The translations under genes were made by a program, and so were the position numbers. From assembly GCA_964016885.1 (NCBI GenBank), contig OZ024743.1, positions 211,482,001 through 211,546,000 of the forward strand: a stretch of 64,000 nt of DNA, in the 5' to 3' direction. The stretch's first letter is position 1. The number at the start of each line of letters is the position of its first letter. Shown piece after piece: positions 1-15,000 of the stretch. The notes below the pieces were generated by a model. That model did not search any database. It was not told where the DNA came from and saw only the letters and a list, made by a program, of their open reading frames with translations. Source of the DNA: Eledone cirrhosa. Its lineage: Eukaryota.

Positions 1-3000
1 TTAGAATGTCTGAGGAAAGAATAACTATAGAGCTGTTCCAGGTAGAGCCACTAATTCACTGAATTGAGAGATCACAGCTCTGATACTACAGACATGTGGT
101 TAGAATTTCTGAGGAAAGAATAACTAGAGAGCTGTTCCATGTAGAGCCACTAATTCACCAAATTGAGAGATCATAGCTCTGATACTACAGACATGTGCTT
201 AGAATGTCTGAGGAAAGAATCACTAGAGAGCTGTTCCAGGTAGAGCTACTAATTCACTGAATTGAGAGATCATAGCTCTGATATTACAGACATGTGGTTA
301 GAATGTCTGAGGAAAGAATCACTAGAGAGCTGTTCCAGGTAGAGCCACTAATTCACTGAATTGAGAGATCACAGCTCTGATACTACAGACATGTGGTTAG
401 AATTTCTGAGGAAAGAATAACTAGAGAGCTGTTCCATGTAGAGCCACTAATTCGCCAAATTGAGAGATCATAGCTCTGATACTACAGATATGTGCTTAGA
501 ATGTCTGAGGAAAGAATCACTAGAGAGCTGTTCCAGGTAGAGCTACTAATTCACTGAATTGAGAGATCATAGCTCTGATATTACAGACATGTGGTTAGAA
601 TGTCTGAGGAAAGAATCACTGGAGAGCTGTTCCAGGTAGAGCCACTAATTCACTGAATTGAGAGATCACAGCTCTGATATTACAGACATGAGGTTAGAAT
701 GTCTGAGGAAAGAATCACTGGAGAGCTGTTCCAGGTAGAGCCACTAATTCACTGAATTGAGAGATCACAGCTCTGATATTACAGACATGTGGTTAGAATG
801 TCTCAGGAAAGAATCACTGGAGAGCTGTTCCAGGTAGAGCCACTAATTCACTGAATTGAGAGATCACAGCTCTGATATTACAGACATGTGGTTAGAATGT
901 CTGAGGAAAGAATCACTAGAGAGCTGTTCCAGGTAGTGCCACTAATTCACTGAATTGAGAGATAATAGCTCTGATATTACAGACATGTGGTTAGAATGTC
1001 TGAGGAAAGAATCACTAGAGAGCTGTTCCAGGTAGAGCCACTAATTCACTGAATTGAGAGATCACAGCTCTGATATTACAGACATGTGGTTAGAATGTCT
1101 CAGGAAAGAATCACTAGAGAGCTGTTCCAGGTAGAGCCACTAATTCACCGAATTGAGAGATCACAGCTCTGATATTACAGACATGTGGTTAGTATGTCTG
1201 AGTAAAGAATCACTGGAGAGCTGTTCCAGGTAGAGCCACTAATTCACTGAATTGAGAGATCACAGCTCTGATATTACAGGCATGTGGTTAGAATGTCTGA
1301 GGAAAGAATCACTAGAGAGCTATTTCAGGTAGAGCCACTAATTCACTGAATTGAGAGATCACAGCTCTGATATTACAGACATGTGGTTAGAATGTCTGAG
1401 GAAAGAATCACTAGCGAGCTGTTCCAGATAGAGCCGCTAATTCATTGAATTGAGAGATCACAGCTCTGATACTACAGACATGTGGTTAGAATGTCTAAGG
1501 AAAAAATCACTAGAGAGCTGTTCCAGGTAGAGCCACTAATTCACTGAATTGAGAGATCACAGCTCTGATACTACAGACATGTGGTTAGAATGTCTGAGGA
1601 AAGAATAACTAGAGAGCTGTTCCATGTAGAGCCACTAATTCACCAAATTGAGAGATCATAGCTCTGATACTACAGACATGTGCTTAGAATGTCTGAGGAA
1701 AGAATCACTAGAGAGCTGTTCCAGGTAGAGCTACTAATTCACTGAATTGAGAGATCATAGCTCTGATATTACAGACATGTGGTTAGAATGTCTGAGGAAA
1801 GATTCACTAGAGAGCTGTTCCAGGTAGAGCCACTAGTTCACTGAATTGAGAGATCACAGCTCTGATACTACAGACATGTGGTTAGAATGTCTGAGGAAAG
1901 AATCACTAGAGAGCTGTTCCAGGTAGAGCCACTAATTCACTGAATTGAGAGATAATAGCTCTGATACTACAGACATGTGGTTAGAATGTCTGAGGAAAGA
2001 ATCACTGGAGAGCTGTTCCAGGTAGAGCCACTAATTCACTGAATTGAGAGATCACAGCTCTGATATTACAGACATGTGGTTAGAATGTCTGAGGAAAGAA
2101 TCACTGGAGAGCTGTTCCAGGTAGAGCCACTAATTCACTGAATTGAGAGATCACAGCTCTGATATTACAGACATGTGGTTAGAATGTCTGAGGAAAGAAT
2201 CACTAGAGAGCTGTTCCAGGTAGTGCCACTAATTCACTGAATTGAGAGATAATAGCTCTGATATTACAGACATGTGGTTAGAATGTCTGAGGAAAGAATC
2301 ACTAGAGAGCTGTTCCAGGTAGAGCCACTAATTCACTGAATTGAGAGATCACAGCTCTGATATTACAGACATGTGGTTAGAATGTCTGAGGAAAGAATCC
2401 CTAGAGAGCTGTTCCAGGTAGAGCCACTAATTCACTGAATTGAGAGATCATAGCTCTGATATTACAGACATGTGGTTAGAATGTCTGAGGAAAGAATCAC
2501 TGGAGAGCTGTTCCAGGTAGAGCCACTAATTCACTGAATTGAGAGTTCACAGCTCTGATATTACAGACATGTGGTTAGAATGTCTGAGGAAAGAATCACT
2601 AGAGAGCTGTTCCAGGTAATGCCACTAATTCACTGAATTGAGAGATAATAGCACTGATATTACAGACATGTGGTTAGAATGTCTGAGGAAAGAATCACTA
2701 GAGAGCTGTTCCAGGTAGAGCCACTAATTCACTGAATTGAGAGATCACAGCTCTGATATTACAGACATGTGGTTAGAATGTCTGAGGAAAGAATCACTAG
2801 AGAGCTGTTCCAGGTAGTGCCACTAATTCACTGAATTGAGAGATAATAGCTCTGATATTACAGACATGTGGTTAGAATGTCTGAGGAAAGAATAACTAGA
2901 GAGCTGTTCCATGTAGAGCCACTAATTCACCAAATTGAGAGATCATAGCTCTGATACTACAGACATGTGCTTAGAATGTCTGAGGAAAGAATCACTAGAG

Positions 3001-6000
3001 AGCTGTTCCAGGTAGAGCTACTAATTCACTGAATTGAGAGATCATAGCTCTGATATTACAGACATGTGGTTAGAATGTCTGAGGAAAGATTCACTAGAGA
3101 GCTGTTCCAGGTAGAGCCACTAGTTCACTGAATTGAGAGATCACAGCTCTGATACTACAGACATGTGGTTAGAATGTCTGAGGAAAGAATCACTAGAGAG
3201 CTGTTCCAGGTAGAGCCACTAATTCACTGAATTGAGAGATAATAGCTCTGATACTACAGACATGTGGTTAGAATGTCTGAGGAAAGAATCACTGGAGAGC
3301 TGTTCCAGGTAGAGCCACTAATTCACTGAATTGAGAGATCACAGCTCTGATATTACAGACATGTGGTTAGAATGTCTGAGGAAAGAATCACTGGAGAGCT
3401 GTTCCAGGTAGAGCCACTAATTCACTGAATTGAGAGATCACAGCTCTGATATTACAGACATGTGGTTAGAATGTCTGAGGAAAGAATCACTAGAGAGCTG
3501 TTCCAGGTAGTGCCACTAATTCACTGAATTGAGAGATAATAGCTCTGATATTACAGACATGTGGTTAGAATGTCTGAGGAAAGAATCACTAGAGAGCTGT
3601 TCCAGGTAGAGCCACTAATTCACTGAATTGAGAGATCACAGCTCTGATATTACAGACATGTGGTTAGAATGTCTGAGGAAAGAATCCCTAGAGAGCTGTT
3701 CCAGGTAGAGCCACTAATTCACTGAATTGAGAGATCATAGCTCTGATATTACAGACATGTGGTTAGAATGTCTGAGGAAAGAATCACTGGAGAGCTGTTC
3801 CAGGTAGAGCCACTAATTCACTGAATTGAGAGTTCACAGCTCTGATATTACAGACATGTGGTTAGAATGTCTGAGGAAAGAATCACTAGAGAGCTGTTCC
3901 AGGTAATGCCACTAATTCACTGAATTGAGAGATAATAGCACTGATATTACAGACATGTGGTTAGAATGTCTGAGGAAAGAATCACTAGAGAGCTGTTCCA
4001 GGTAGAGCCACTAATTCACTGAATTGAGAGATAATAGCTCTGATATTACAGACATGTGGTTAGAATGTCTGAGGAAAGAATCACTAGAGAGCTGTTCCAG
4101 GTAGAGCCACTAATTCAATGAATTCAGAGATCACAACTCTGATATTACAGACATGTGGTTAGAATGTCTCTGGAAAGAATCACTAGAGAGCTGTTCCAGG
4201 TAGAGTCAATAATTCACTGAATTGAGAGATCACAGCTCTGATATTACAGACATGTGGTTAGTATGTCTCAGTAAAGAATCACTGGAGAGCTGTTCCAGGT
4301 AGAGCCACTAATTCACTGAATTGAGAGATCACAGCTCTGATATTACAGACATGTGGTTAGAATGTCTCAGGAAAGAATCACTAGAGAGCTGTTTCATGTA
4401 GAGCCACTAATTCACTGAATTGAGAGATCACAGCTCTGATATTACAGACATGTGGTTAGAATGTCTGAGGAAAGAATCACTAGAGATCTGTTCCAGGTAG
4501 AGCCACTAATTCACTGAATTGAGAGATCACAGCTCTGATACTACATACATGTGGTTAGAACGTCTGAGGAAAGAATCACTAGAGATCTGTTCCAGGTAGA
4601 GCCGTTAATTCACCAAATTGAGAGATCATAGCTCTGATACTACAGACATGTGGTTAGAATGTCTGAGGAAAGAATCACTAGAGAGCTGTTCCAGGTAGAG
4701 CCACTAATTCACTGAATTGAGAGATCATTGCTCTGATACTACAGACATGTGCTTAGAATGTCTGAGGAAAGAATCACTAGAGAGCTGTTCCAGGTAGAGC
4801 TACTAATTCACTGAATTGAGAGATCATAGCTCTGATATTACAGACATGTGGTTAGAATGTCTGAGGAAAGAATCACTAGAGAGCTGTTCCAGGTAGAGCC
4901 ACTAGTTCACTGAATTGAGAGATCACAGCTCTGATACTACACACATGGGGTTAGAATTCCTGAGGAAAGAATAACTAGTGAGCTGTTCCAGGTAGAGCCA
5001 CTAATTCACCAAATTGAGAGATCATAGCTCTGATACTACAGACATGTGGTTAGAATGTCTGAGGCAAGAATCACTAGAGAGCTGTTCCAGGTAGAGCCAC
5101 TAATTCACTGAATTGAGAGATCACAGCTCTGATATTACAGACATGTGGTTAGAATGTCTGAGGAAAGAATCAATAGAGAGCTGTTCCAGGTAGAGCCAGC
5201 AGTTCACTGAATTGAGAGATCACAGCTCTGATACTACAGACATGTGGTTAGAATGTCTGAGGAAAGAATCACTAGAGAGCTGTTCCAGGTAGAGCCACTA
5301 ATTCACTGAATTGAGAGATAACAGCTCTGATATTACAGACATGTGGTTAGAATGTCTGAGGAAAGAATCACTGGAGAGCTGTTCCAGGTAGAGCCACTAA
5401 TTCACTGAATTGAGAGATCACAGCTCTGATATTACAGACATGTGGTTAGAATGTCTGAGGAAAGAATCACTAGAGAGCTGTTCCAGGTAGTGCCACTAAT
5501 TCACTGAATTGAGAGATAATAGCTCTGATATTACAGACATGTGGTTAGAATGTCTGAGGAAAGAATCACTAGAGAGCTGTTCCAGGTAGAGCCACTAATT
5601 CACTGAATTGAGAGATCACAGCTCTGATATTACAGACATGTGGTTAGAATGTCTCAGGAAAGAATCACTAGAGAGCTGTTTCACGTAGAGCCACTAATTC
5701 ACTGAATTGAGAGATCACAGCTCTGATATTACAGACATGTGGTTAGAATGTCTGAGGAAAGAATCACTAGAGAGCTGTTCCAGGTAGTGCCGCTAATTCA
5801 CTGAATTGAGAGATCATAGCTCTGATACTACAGACATGTGCTTAGAATGTCTGAGGAAAGAATCACTAGAGAGCTGTTCCAGGTAGAGCTACTAATTCAC
5901 TGAATTGAGAGATCATAGCTCTGATATTACAGACATGTGGTTAGAATGTCTGAGGAAAGATTCACTAGAGAGCTGTTCCAGGTAGAGCCACTAGTTCACT

Positions 6001-9000
6001 GAATTGAGAGATCACAGCTCTGATACTAGAGACATGTGGTTAGAATGTCTGAGGAAAGAATCACTAGAGAGCTGTTCCAGGTAGAGCCACTGATTCACTG
6101 AATTGAGAGATCATCGCTCTGATACTACAGACATGTGGTTAGAATGTCTGAGGAAAGAATCACTGGAGAGCTGTTCCAGGTAGAGCCACTAATTCACTGA
6201 ATTGAGAGATCACAGCTCTGATATTACAGACATGTGGTTAGAATGTCTGAGGAAAGAATCACTAGAGAGCTGTTCCAGGTAGTGCCACTAATTCACTGAA
6301 TTGAGAGATAATAGCTCTGATATTACAGACATGTGGTTAGAATGTCTGAGGAAAGAATCACTAGAGAGCTGTTCCAGGTAGAGCCACTAATTCACTGAAT
6401 TGAGAGATCACAGCTCTGATATTACAGACATGTGGTTAGAATGTCTCAGGAAAGAATCACTAGAGAGCTGTTCCAGGTAGAGCCACTAATTCACTGAATT
6501 GAGAGATCACAGCTCTGATATTACAGACATGTGGTTAGAATGTCTCAGGAAAGAATCACTAGAGAGCTGTTTCACGTAGAGCCACTAATTCACTGAATTG
6601 AGAGATCACAGCTCTGATATTACAGACATGTGGTTAGAATGTCTGAGGAAAGAATCACTAGAGAGCTGTTCCAGGTAGTGCCGCTAATTCACTGAATTGA
6701 GAGATCATAGCTCTGATACTACAGACATGTGGTTAGAATGTCTGAGGAAAGAATCACTAGAGAGCTGTTCCAGGTAGAGCCACTAATTCACTGAATTGAG
6801 AGATCACAGCTCTGATACTACAGACATGTGGTTAGAATTTCTGAGGAAAGAATAACTAGAGAGCTGTTCCATGTAGAGCCACTAATTCACCAAATTGAGA
6901 GATCATAGCTCTGATACTACAGACATGTGCTTAGAATGTCTGAGGAAAGAATCACTAGAGAGCTGTTCCAGGTAGAGCTACTAATTCACTGAATTGAGAG
7001 ATCATAGCTCTGATATTACAGACATGTGGTTAGAATGTCTGAGGAAAGAATCACTAGAGAGCTGTTTCAGGTAGAGCCACTAATTCACTGAATTGAGAGA
7101 TCACAGCTCTGATACTACAGACATGTGGTTAGAATTTCTGAGGAAAGAATAACTATAGAGCTGTTCCATGTAGAGCCACTAATTCACCAAATTGAGAGAT
7201 CATAGCTCTGATACTACAGACATGTGCTTAGAATGTCTGAGGAAAGAATCACTAGAGAGCTGTTCCAGGTAGAGCTACTAATTCACTGAATTGAGAGATC
7301 ATAGCTCTGATATTACAGACATGTGGTTAGAATGTCTGAGGAAAGAATCACTAGAGAGCTGTTCCAGGTAGAGCCACTAATTCACTGAATTGAGAGATCA
7401 TCGCTCTGATACTACAGACATGTGGTTAGAATGTCTGAGGAAAGAATCACTGGAGAGCTGTTCCAGGTAGAGCCACTAATTCACTGAATTGAGAGATCAC
7501 AGCTCTGATATTACAGACATGTGGTTAGAATGTCTGAGGAAAGAATCACTGGAGAGCTGTTCCAGGTAGAGCCACTAATTCACTGAATTGAGAGATCACA
7601 GCTCTGATATTACAGACATGTGGTTAGAATGTATGAGGAAAGAATCACTGGAGAGCTGTTCCAGGTAGAGCCACTAATTCACTGAATTGAGAGATCACAG
7701 CTCTGATATTACAGACATGTGGTTAGAATGTCTAAGGAAAGAATCACTAGAGAGCTGTTCCAGGTAGTGCCACTAATTCACTGAATTGAGAGATAATAGC
7801 TCTGATATTACAGACATGTGGTTAGAATGTCTGAGGAAAGAATCACTAGAGAGCTGTTCCAGGTAGAGCCACTAATTCACTGAATTGAGAGATCACAGCT
7901 CTGATATTACAGACATGTGGTTAGAATGTCTGAGGAAAGAATCACTAGCGAGCTGTTCCAGATAGAGCCGCTAATTCATTGAATTGAGAGATCACAGCTC
8001 TGATACTACAGACATGTGGTTAGAACGTCTGAGGAAAGAATCACTAGAGAGCTGTTCCAGGTAGAGCCACTAATTCACTGAATTGAGAGATCACAGATCT
8101 GATATTACAGACATGTGGTTAGAATGTCTGAGTAAAGAATCAATGGAGTGCTGTTCCAGGTAGAGCCACTAATTCACTGAATTGAGAGATCACAGCTCTG
8201 ATATTACAGACATGTGGTCAGAATGTCTGAGCAAAGAATCACTAGAGAGCTGTTCCAGGTAGTGCCGCTAATTCACTGAATTGAGAGATCATAGCTCTGA
8301 TACTACAGACATGTGGTTAGAATGTCTGAGGAAAGAATAACTATAGAGCTGTTCCAGGTAGAGCCACTAATTCACTGAATTGAGAGATCACAGCTCTGAT
8401 ACTACAGACATGTGGTTAGAATTTCTGAGGAAAGAATAACTAGAGAGCTGTTCCAGGTAGAGCTACTAATTCACTGAATTGAGAGATCATAGCTCTGATA
8501 TTACAGACATGTGGTTAGAATGTCTGAGGAAAGAATCACTAGAGAGCTGTTCCAGGTAGAGCCACTAATTCACTGAATTGAGAGATCACAGCTCTGATAC
8601 TACAGACATGTGGTTAGAATTTCTGAGGAAAGAATAACTAGAGAGCTGTTCCATGTAGAGCCACTAATTCGCCAAATTGAGAGATCATAGCTCTGATACT
8701 ACAGATATGTGCTTAGAATGTCTCAGGAAAGAATCACTAGAGAGCTGTTCCAGGTAGAGCTACTAATTCACTGAATTGAGAGATCATAGCTCTGATATTA
8801 CAGACATGTGGTTAGAATGTCTGAGGAAAGAATCACTGGAGAGCTGTTCCAGGTAGAGCCACTAATTCACTGAATTGAGAGATCACAGCTCTGATATTAC
8901 AGACATGAGGTTAGAATGTCTGAGGAAAGAATCACTGGAGAGCTGTTCCAGGTAGAGCCACTAATTCACTGAATTGAGAGATCACAGCTCTGATATTACA

Positions 9001-12000
9001 GACATGTGGTTAGAATGTCTCAGGAAAGAATCACTGGAGAGCTGTTCCAGGTAGAGCCACTAATTCACTGAATTGAGAGATCACAGCTCTGATATTACAG
9101 ACATGTGGTTAGAATGTCTGAGGAAAGAATCACTAGAGAGCTGTTCCAGGTAGTGCCACTAATTCACTGAATTGAGAGATAATAGCTCTGATATTACAGA
9201 CATGTGGTTAGAATGTCTGAGGAAAGAATCACTAGAGAGCTGTTCCAGGTAGAGCCACTAATTCACTGAATTGAGAGATCACAGCTCTGATATTACAGAC
9301 ATGTGGTTAGAATGTCTCAGGAAAGAATCACTAGAGAGCTGTTCCAGGTAGAGCCACTAATTCACCGAATTGAGAGATCACAGCTCTGATATTACAGACA
9401 TGTGGTTAGTATGTCTGAGTAAAGAATCACTGGAGAGCTGTTCCAGGTAGAGCCACTAATTCACTGAATTGAGAGATCACAGCTCTGATATTACAGGCAT
9501 GTGGTTAGAATGTCTGAGGAAAGAATCACTAGAGAGCTATTTCAGGTAGAGCCACTAATTCACTGAATTGAGAGATCACAGCTCTGATATTACAGACATG
9601 TGGTTAGAATGTCTGAGGAAAGAATCACTAGCGAGCTGTTCCAGATAGAGCCGCTAATTCATTGAATTGAGAGATCACAGCTCTGATACTACAGACATGT
9701 GGTTAGAATGTCTAAGGAAAAAATCACTAGAGAGCTGTTCCAGGTAGAGCCACTAATTCACTGAATTGAGAGATCACAGCTCTGATACTACAGACATGTG
9801 GTTAGAATGTCTGAGGAAAGAATAACTAGAGAGCTGTTCCATGTAGAGCCACTAATTCACCAAATTGAGAGATCATAGCTCTGATACTACAGACATGTGC
9901 TTAGAATGTCTGAGGAAAGAATCACTAGAGAGCTGTTCCAGGTAGAGCTACTAATTCACTGAATTGAGAGATCATAGCTCTGATATTACAGACATGTGGT
10001 TAGAATGTCTGAGGAAAGATTCACTAGAGAGCTGTTCCAGGTAGAGCCACTAGTTCACTGAATTGAGAGATCACAGCTCTGATACTACAGACATGTGGTT
10101 AGAATGTCTGAGGAAAGAATCACTAGAGAGCTGTTCCAGGTAGAGCCACTAATTCACTGAATTGAGAGATAATAGCTCTGATACTACAGACATGTGGTTA
10201 GAATGTCTGAGGAAAGAATCACTGGAGAGCTGTTCCAGGTAGAGCCACTAATTCACTGAATTGAGAGATCACAGCTCTGATATTACAGACATGTGGTTAG
10301 AATGTCTGAGGAAAGAATCACTGGAGAGCTGTTCCAGGTAGAGCCACTAATTCACTGAATTGAGAGATCACAGCTCTGATATTACAGACATGTGGTTAGA
10401 ATGTCTGAGGAAAGAATCACTAGAGAGCTGTTCCAGGTAGTGCCACTAATTCACTGAATTGAGAGATAATAGCTCTGATATTACAGACATGTGGTTAGAA
10501 TGTCTGAGGAAAGAATCACTAGAGAGCTGTTCCAGGTAGAGCCACTAATTCACTGAATTGAGAGATCACAGCTCTGATATTACAGACATGTGGTTAGAAT
10601 GTCTGAGGAAAGAATCCCTAGAGAGCTGTTCCAGGTAGAGCCACTAATTCACTGAATTGAGAGATCATAGCTCTGATATTACAGACATGTGGTTAGAATG
10701 TCTGAGGAAAGAATCACTGGAGAGCTGTTCCAGGTAGAGCCACTAATTCACTGAATTGAGAGTTCACAGCTCTGATATTACAGACATGTGGTTAGAATGT
10801 CTGAGGAAAGAATCACTAGAGAGCTGTTCCAGGTAATGCCACTAATTCACTGAATTGAGAGATAATAGCACTGATATTACAGACATGTGGTTAGAATGTC
10901 TGAGGAAAGAATCACTAGAGAGCTGTTCCAGGTAGAGCCACTAATTCACTGAATTGAGAGATCACAGTTCTGATATTACAGACATGTGGTTAGAATGTCT
11001 GAGGAAAGAATCACTAGAGAGCTGTTCCAGGTAGTGCCACTAATTCACTGAATTGAGAGATAATAGCTCTGATATTACAGACATGTGGTTAGAATGTCTG
11101 AGGAAAGAATCACTAGAGAGCTGTTCCAGGTAGAGCCACTAATTCAATGAATTCAGAGATCACAACTCTGATATTACAGACATGTGGTTAGAATGTCTCT
11201 GGAAAGAATCACTAGAGAGCTGTTCCAGGTAGAGTCAATAATTCACTGAATTGAGAGATCACAGCTCTGATATTACAGACATGTGGTTAGTATGTCTCAG
11301 TAAAGAATCACTGGAGAGCTGTTCCAGGTAGAGCCACTAATTCACTGAATTGAGAGATCACAGCTCTGATATTACAGACATGTGGTTAGAATGTCTCAGG
11401 AAAGAATCACTAGAGAGCTGTTTCATGTAGAGCCACTAATTCACTGAATTGAGAGATCACAGCTCTGATATTACAGACATGTGGTTAGAATGTCTGAGGA
11501 AAGAATCACTAGAGATCTGTTCCAGGTAGAGCCACTAATTCACTGAATTGAGAGATCACAGCTCTGATACTACATACATGTGGTTAGAACGTCTGAGGAA
11601 AGAATCACTAGAGATCTGTTCCAGGTAGAGCCGTTAATTCACCAAATTGAGAGATCATAGCTCTGATACTACAGACATGTGGTTAGAATGTCTGAGGAAA
11701 GAATCACTAGAGAGCTGTTCCAGGTAGAGCCACTAATTCACTGAATTGAGAGATCATTGCTCTGATACTACAGACATGTGCTTAGAATGTCTGAGGAAAG
11801 AATCACTAGAGAGCTGTTCCAGGTAGAGCTACTAATTCACTGAACTGAGAGATCATAGCTCTGATATTACAGACATGTGGTTAGAATGTCTGAGGAAAGA
11901 ATCACTAGAGAGCTGTTCCAGGTAGAGCCACTAGTTCACTGAATTGAGAGATCACAGCTCTGATACTACACACATGGGGTTAGAATTCCTGAGGAAAGAA

Positions 12001-15000
12001 TAACTAGTGAGCTGTTCCAGGTAGAGCCACTAATTCACCAAATTGAGAGATCATAGCTCTGATACTACAGACATGTGGTTAGAATGTCTGAGGCAAGAAT
12101 CACTAGAGAGCTGTTCCAGGTAGAGCCACTAATTCACTGAATTGAGAGATCACAGCTCTGATATTACAGACATGTGGTTAGAATGTCTGAGGAAAGAATC
12201 AATAGAGAGCTGTTCCAGGTAGAGCCAGCAGTTCACTGAATTGAGAGATCACAGCTCTGATACTACAGACATGTGGTTAGAATGTCTGAGGAAAGAATCA
12301 CTAGAGAGCTGTTCCAGGTAGAGCCACTAATTCACTGAATTGAGAGATAACAGCTCTGATATTACAGACATGTGGTTAGAATGTCTGAGGAAAGAATCAC
12401 TGGAGAGCTGTTCCAGGTAGAGCCACTAATTCACTGAATTGAGAGATCACAGCTCTGATATTACAGACATGTGGTTAGAATGTCTGAGGAAAGAATCACT
12501 AGAGAGCTGTTCCAGGTAGTGCCACTAATTCACTGAATTGAGAGATAATAGCTCTGATATTACAGACATGTGGTTAGAATGTCTGAGGAAAGAATCACTA
12601 GAGAGCTGTTCCAGGTAGAGCCACTAATTCACTGAATTGAGAGATCACAGCTCTGATATTACAGACATGTGGTTAGAATGTCTCAGGAAAGAATCACTAG
12701 AGAGCTGTTTCACGTAGAGCCACTAATTCACTGAATTGAGAGATCACAGCTCTGATATTACAGACATGTGGTTAGAATGTCTGAGGAAAGAATCACTAGA
12801 GAGCTGTTCCAGGTAGTGCCGCTAATTCACTGAATTGAGAGATCATAGCTCTGATACTACAGACATGTGCTTAGAATGTCTGAGGAAAGAATCACTAGAG
12901 AGCTGTTCCAGGTAGAGCTACTAATTCACTGAATTGAGAGATCATAGCTCTGATATTACAGACATGTGGTTAGAATGTCTGAGGAAAGATTCACTAGAGA
13001 GCTGTTCCAGGTAGAGCCACTAGTTCACTGAATTGAGAGATCACAGCTCTGATACTAGAGACATGTGGTTAGAATGTCTGAGGAAAGAATCACTAGAGAG
13101 CTGTTCCAGGTAGAGCCACTGATTCACTGAATTGTGAGATCATCGCTCTGATACTACAGACATGTGGTTAGAATGTCTGAGGAAAGAATCACTGGAGAGC
13201 TGTTCCAGGTAGAGCCACTAATTCACTGAATTGAGAGATCACAGCTCTGATATTACAGACATGTGGTTAGAATGTCTGAGGAAAGAATCACTAGAGAGCT
13301 GTTCCAGGTAGTGCCACTAATTCACTGAATTGAGAGATAATAGCTCTGATATTACAGACATGTGGTTAGAATGTCTGAGGAAAGAATCACTAGAGAGCTG
13401 TTCCAGGTAGAGCCACTAATTCACTGAATTGAGAGATCACAGCTCTGATATTACAGACATGTGGTTAGAATGTCTCAGGAAAGAATCACTAGAGAGCTGT
13501 TCCAGGTAGAGCCACTAATTCACTGAATTGAGAGATCACAGCTCTGATATTACAGACATGTGGTTAGAATGTCTCAGGAAAGAATCACTAGAGAGCTGTT
13601 TCACGTAGAGCCACTAATTCACTGAATTGAGAGATCACAGCTCTGATATTACAGACATGTGGTTAGAATGTCTGAGGAAAGAATCACTAGAGAGCTGTTC
13701 CAGGTAGTGCCGCTAATTCACTGAATTGAGAGATCATAGCTCTGATACTACAGACATGTGGTTAGAATGTCTGAGGAAAGAATCACTAGAGAGCTGTTCC
13801 AGGTAGAGCCACTAATTCACTGAATTGAGAGATCACAGCTCTGATACTACAGACATGTGGTTAGAATTTCTGAGGAAAGAATAACTAGAGAGCTGTTCCA
13901 TGTAGAGCCACTAATTCACCAAATTGAGAGATCATAGCTCTGATACTACAGACATGTGCTTAGAATGTCTGAGGAAAGAATCACTAGAGAGCTGTTCCAG
14001 GTAGAGCTACTAATTCACTGAATTGAGAGATCATAGCTCTGATATTACAGACATGTGGTTAGAATGTCTGAGGAAAGAATCACTAGAGAGCTGTTTCAGG
14101 TAGAGCCACTAATTCACTGAATTGAGAGATCACAGCTCTGATACTACAGACATGTGGTTAGAATTTCTGAGGAAAGAATAACTATAGAGCTGTTCCATGT
14201 AGAGCCACTAATTCACCAAATTGAGAGATCATAGCTCTGATACTACAGACATGTGCTTAGAATGTCTGAGGAAAGAATCACTAGAGAGCTGTTCCAGGTA
14301 GAGCTACTAATTCACTGAATTGAGAGATCATAGCTCTGATATTACAGACATGTGGTTAGAATGTCTGAGGAAAGATTCACTAGAGAGCTGTTCCAGGTAG
14401 AGCCACTAGTTCACTGAATTGAGAGATCACAGCTCTGATACTACAGACATGTGGTTAGAATGTCTGAGGAAAGAATCACTAGAGAGCTGTTCCAGGTAGA
14501 GCCACTAATTCACTGAATTGAGAGATCATCGCTCTGATACTACAGACATGTGGTTAGAATGTCTGAGGAAAGAATCACTAGAGAGCTGTTCCAGGTAGAG
14601 CCACTAATTCACTGAATTGAGAGATCACAGCTCTGATATTACAGACATGTGGTTAGAATGTCTGAGGAAAGAATCACTGGAGAGCTGTTCCAGGTAGAGC
14701 CACTAATTCACTGAATTGAGAGATCACAGCTCTGATATTACAGACATGTGGTTAGAATGTATGAGGAAAGAATCACTGGAGAGCTGTTCCAGGTAGAGCC
14801 ACTAATTCACTGAATTGAGAGATCACAGCTCTGATATTACAGACATGTGGTTAGAATGTCTAAGGAAAGAATCACTAGAGAGCTGTTCCAGGTAGTGCCA
14901 CTAATTCACTGAATTGAGAGATAATAGCTCTGATATTACAGACATGTGGTTAGAATGTCTGAGGAAAGAATCACTAGAGAGCTGTTCCAGGTAGAGCCAC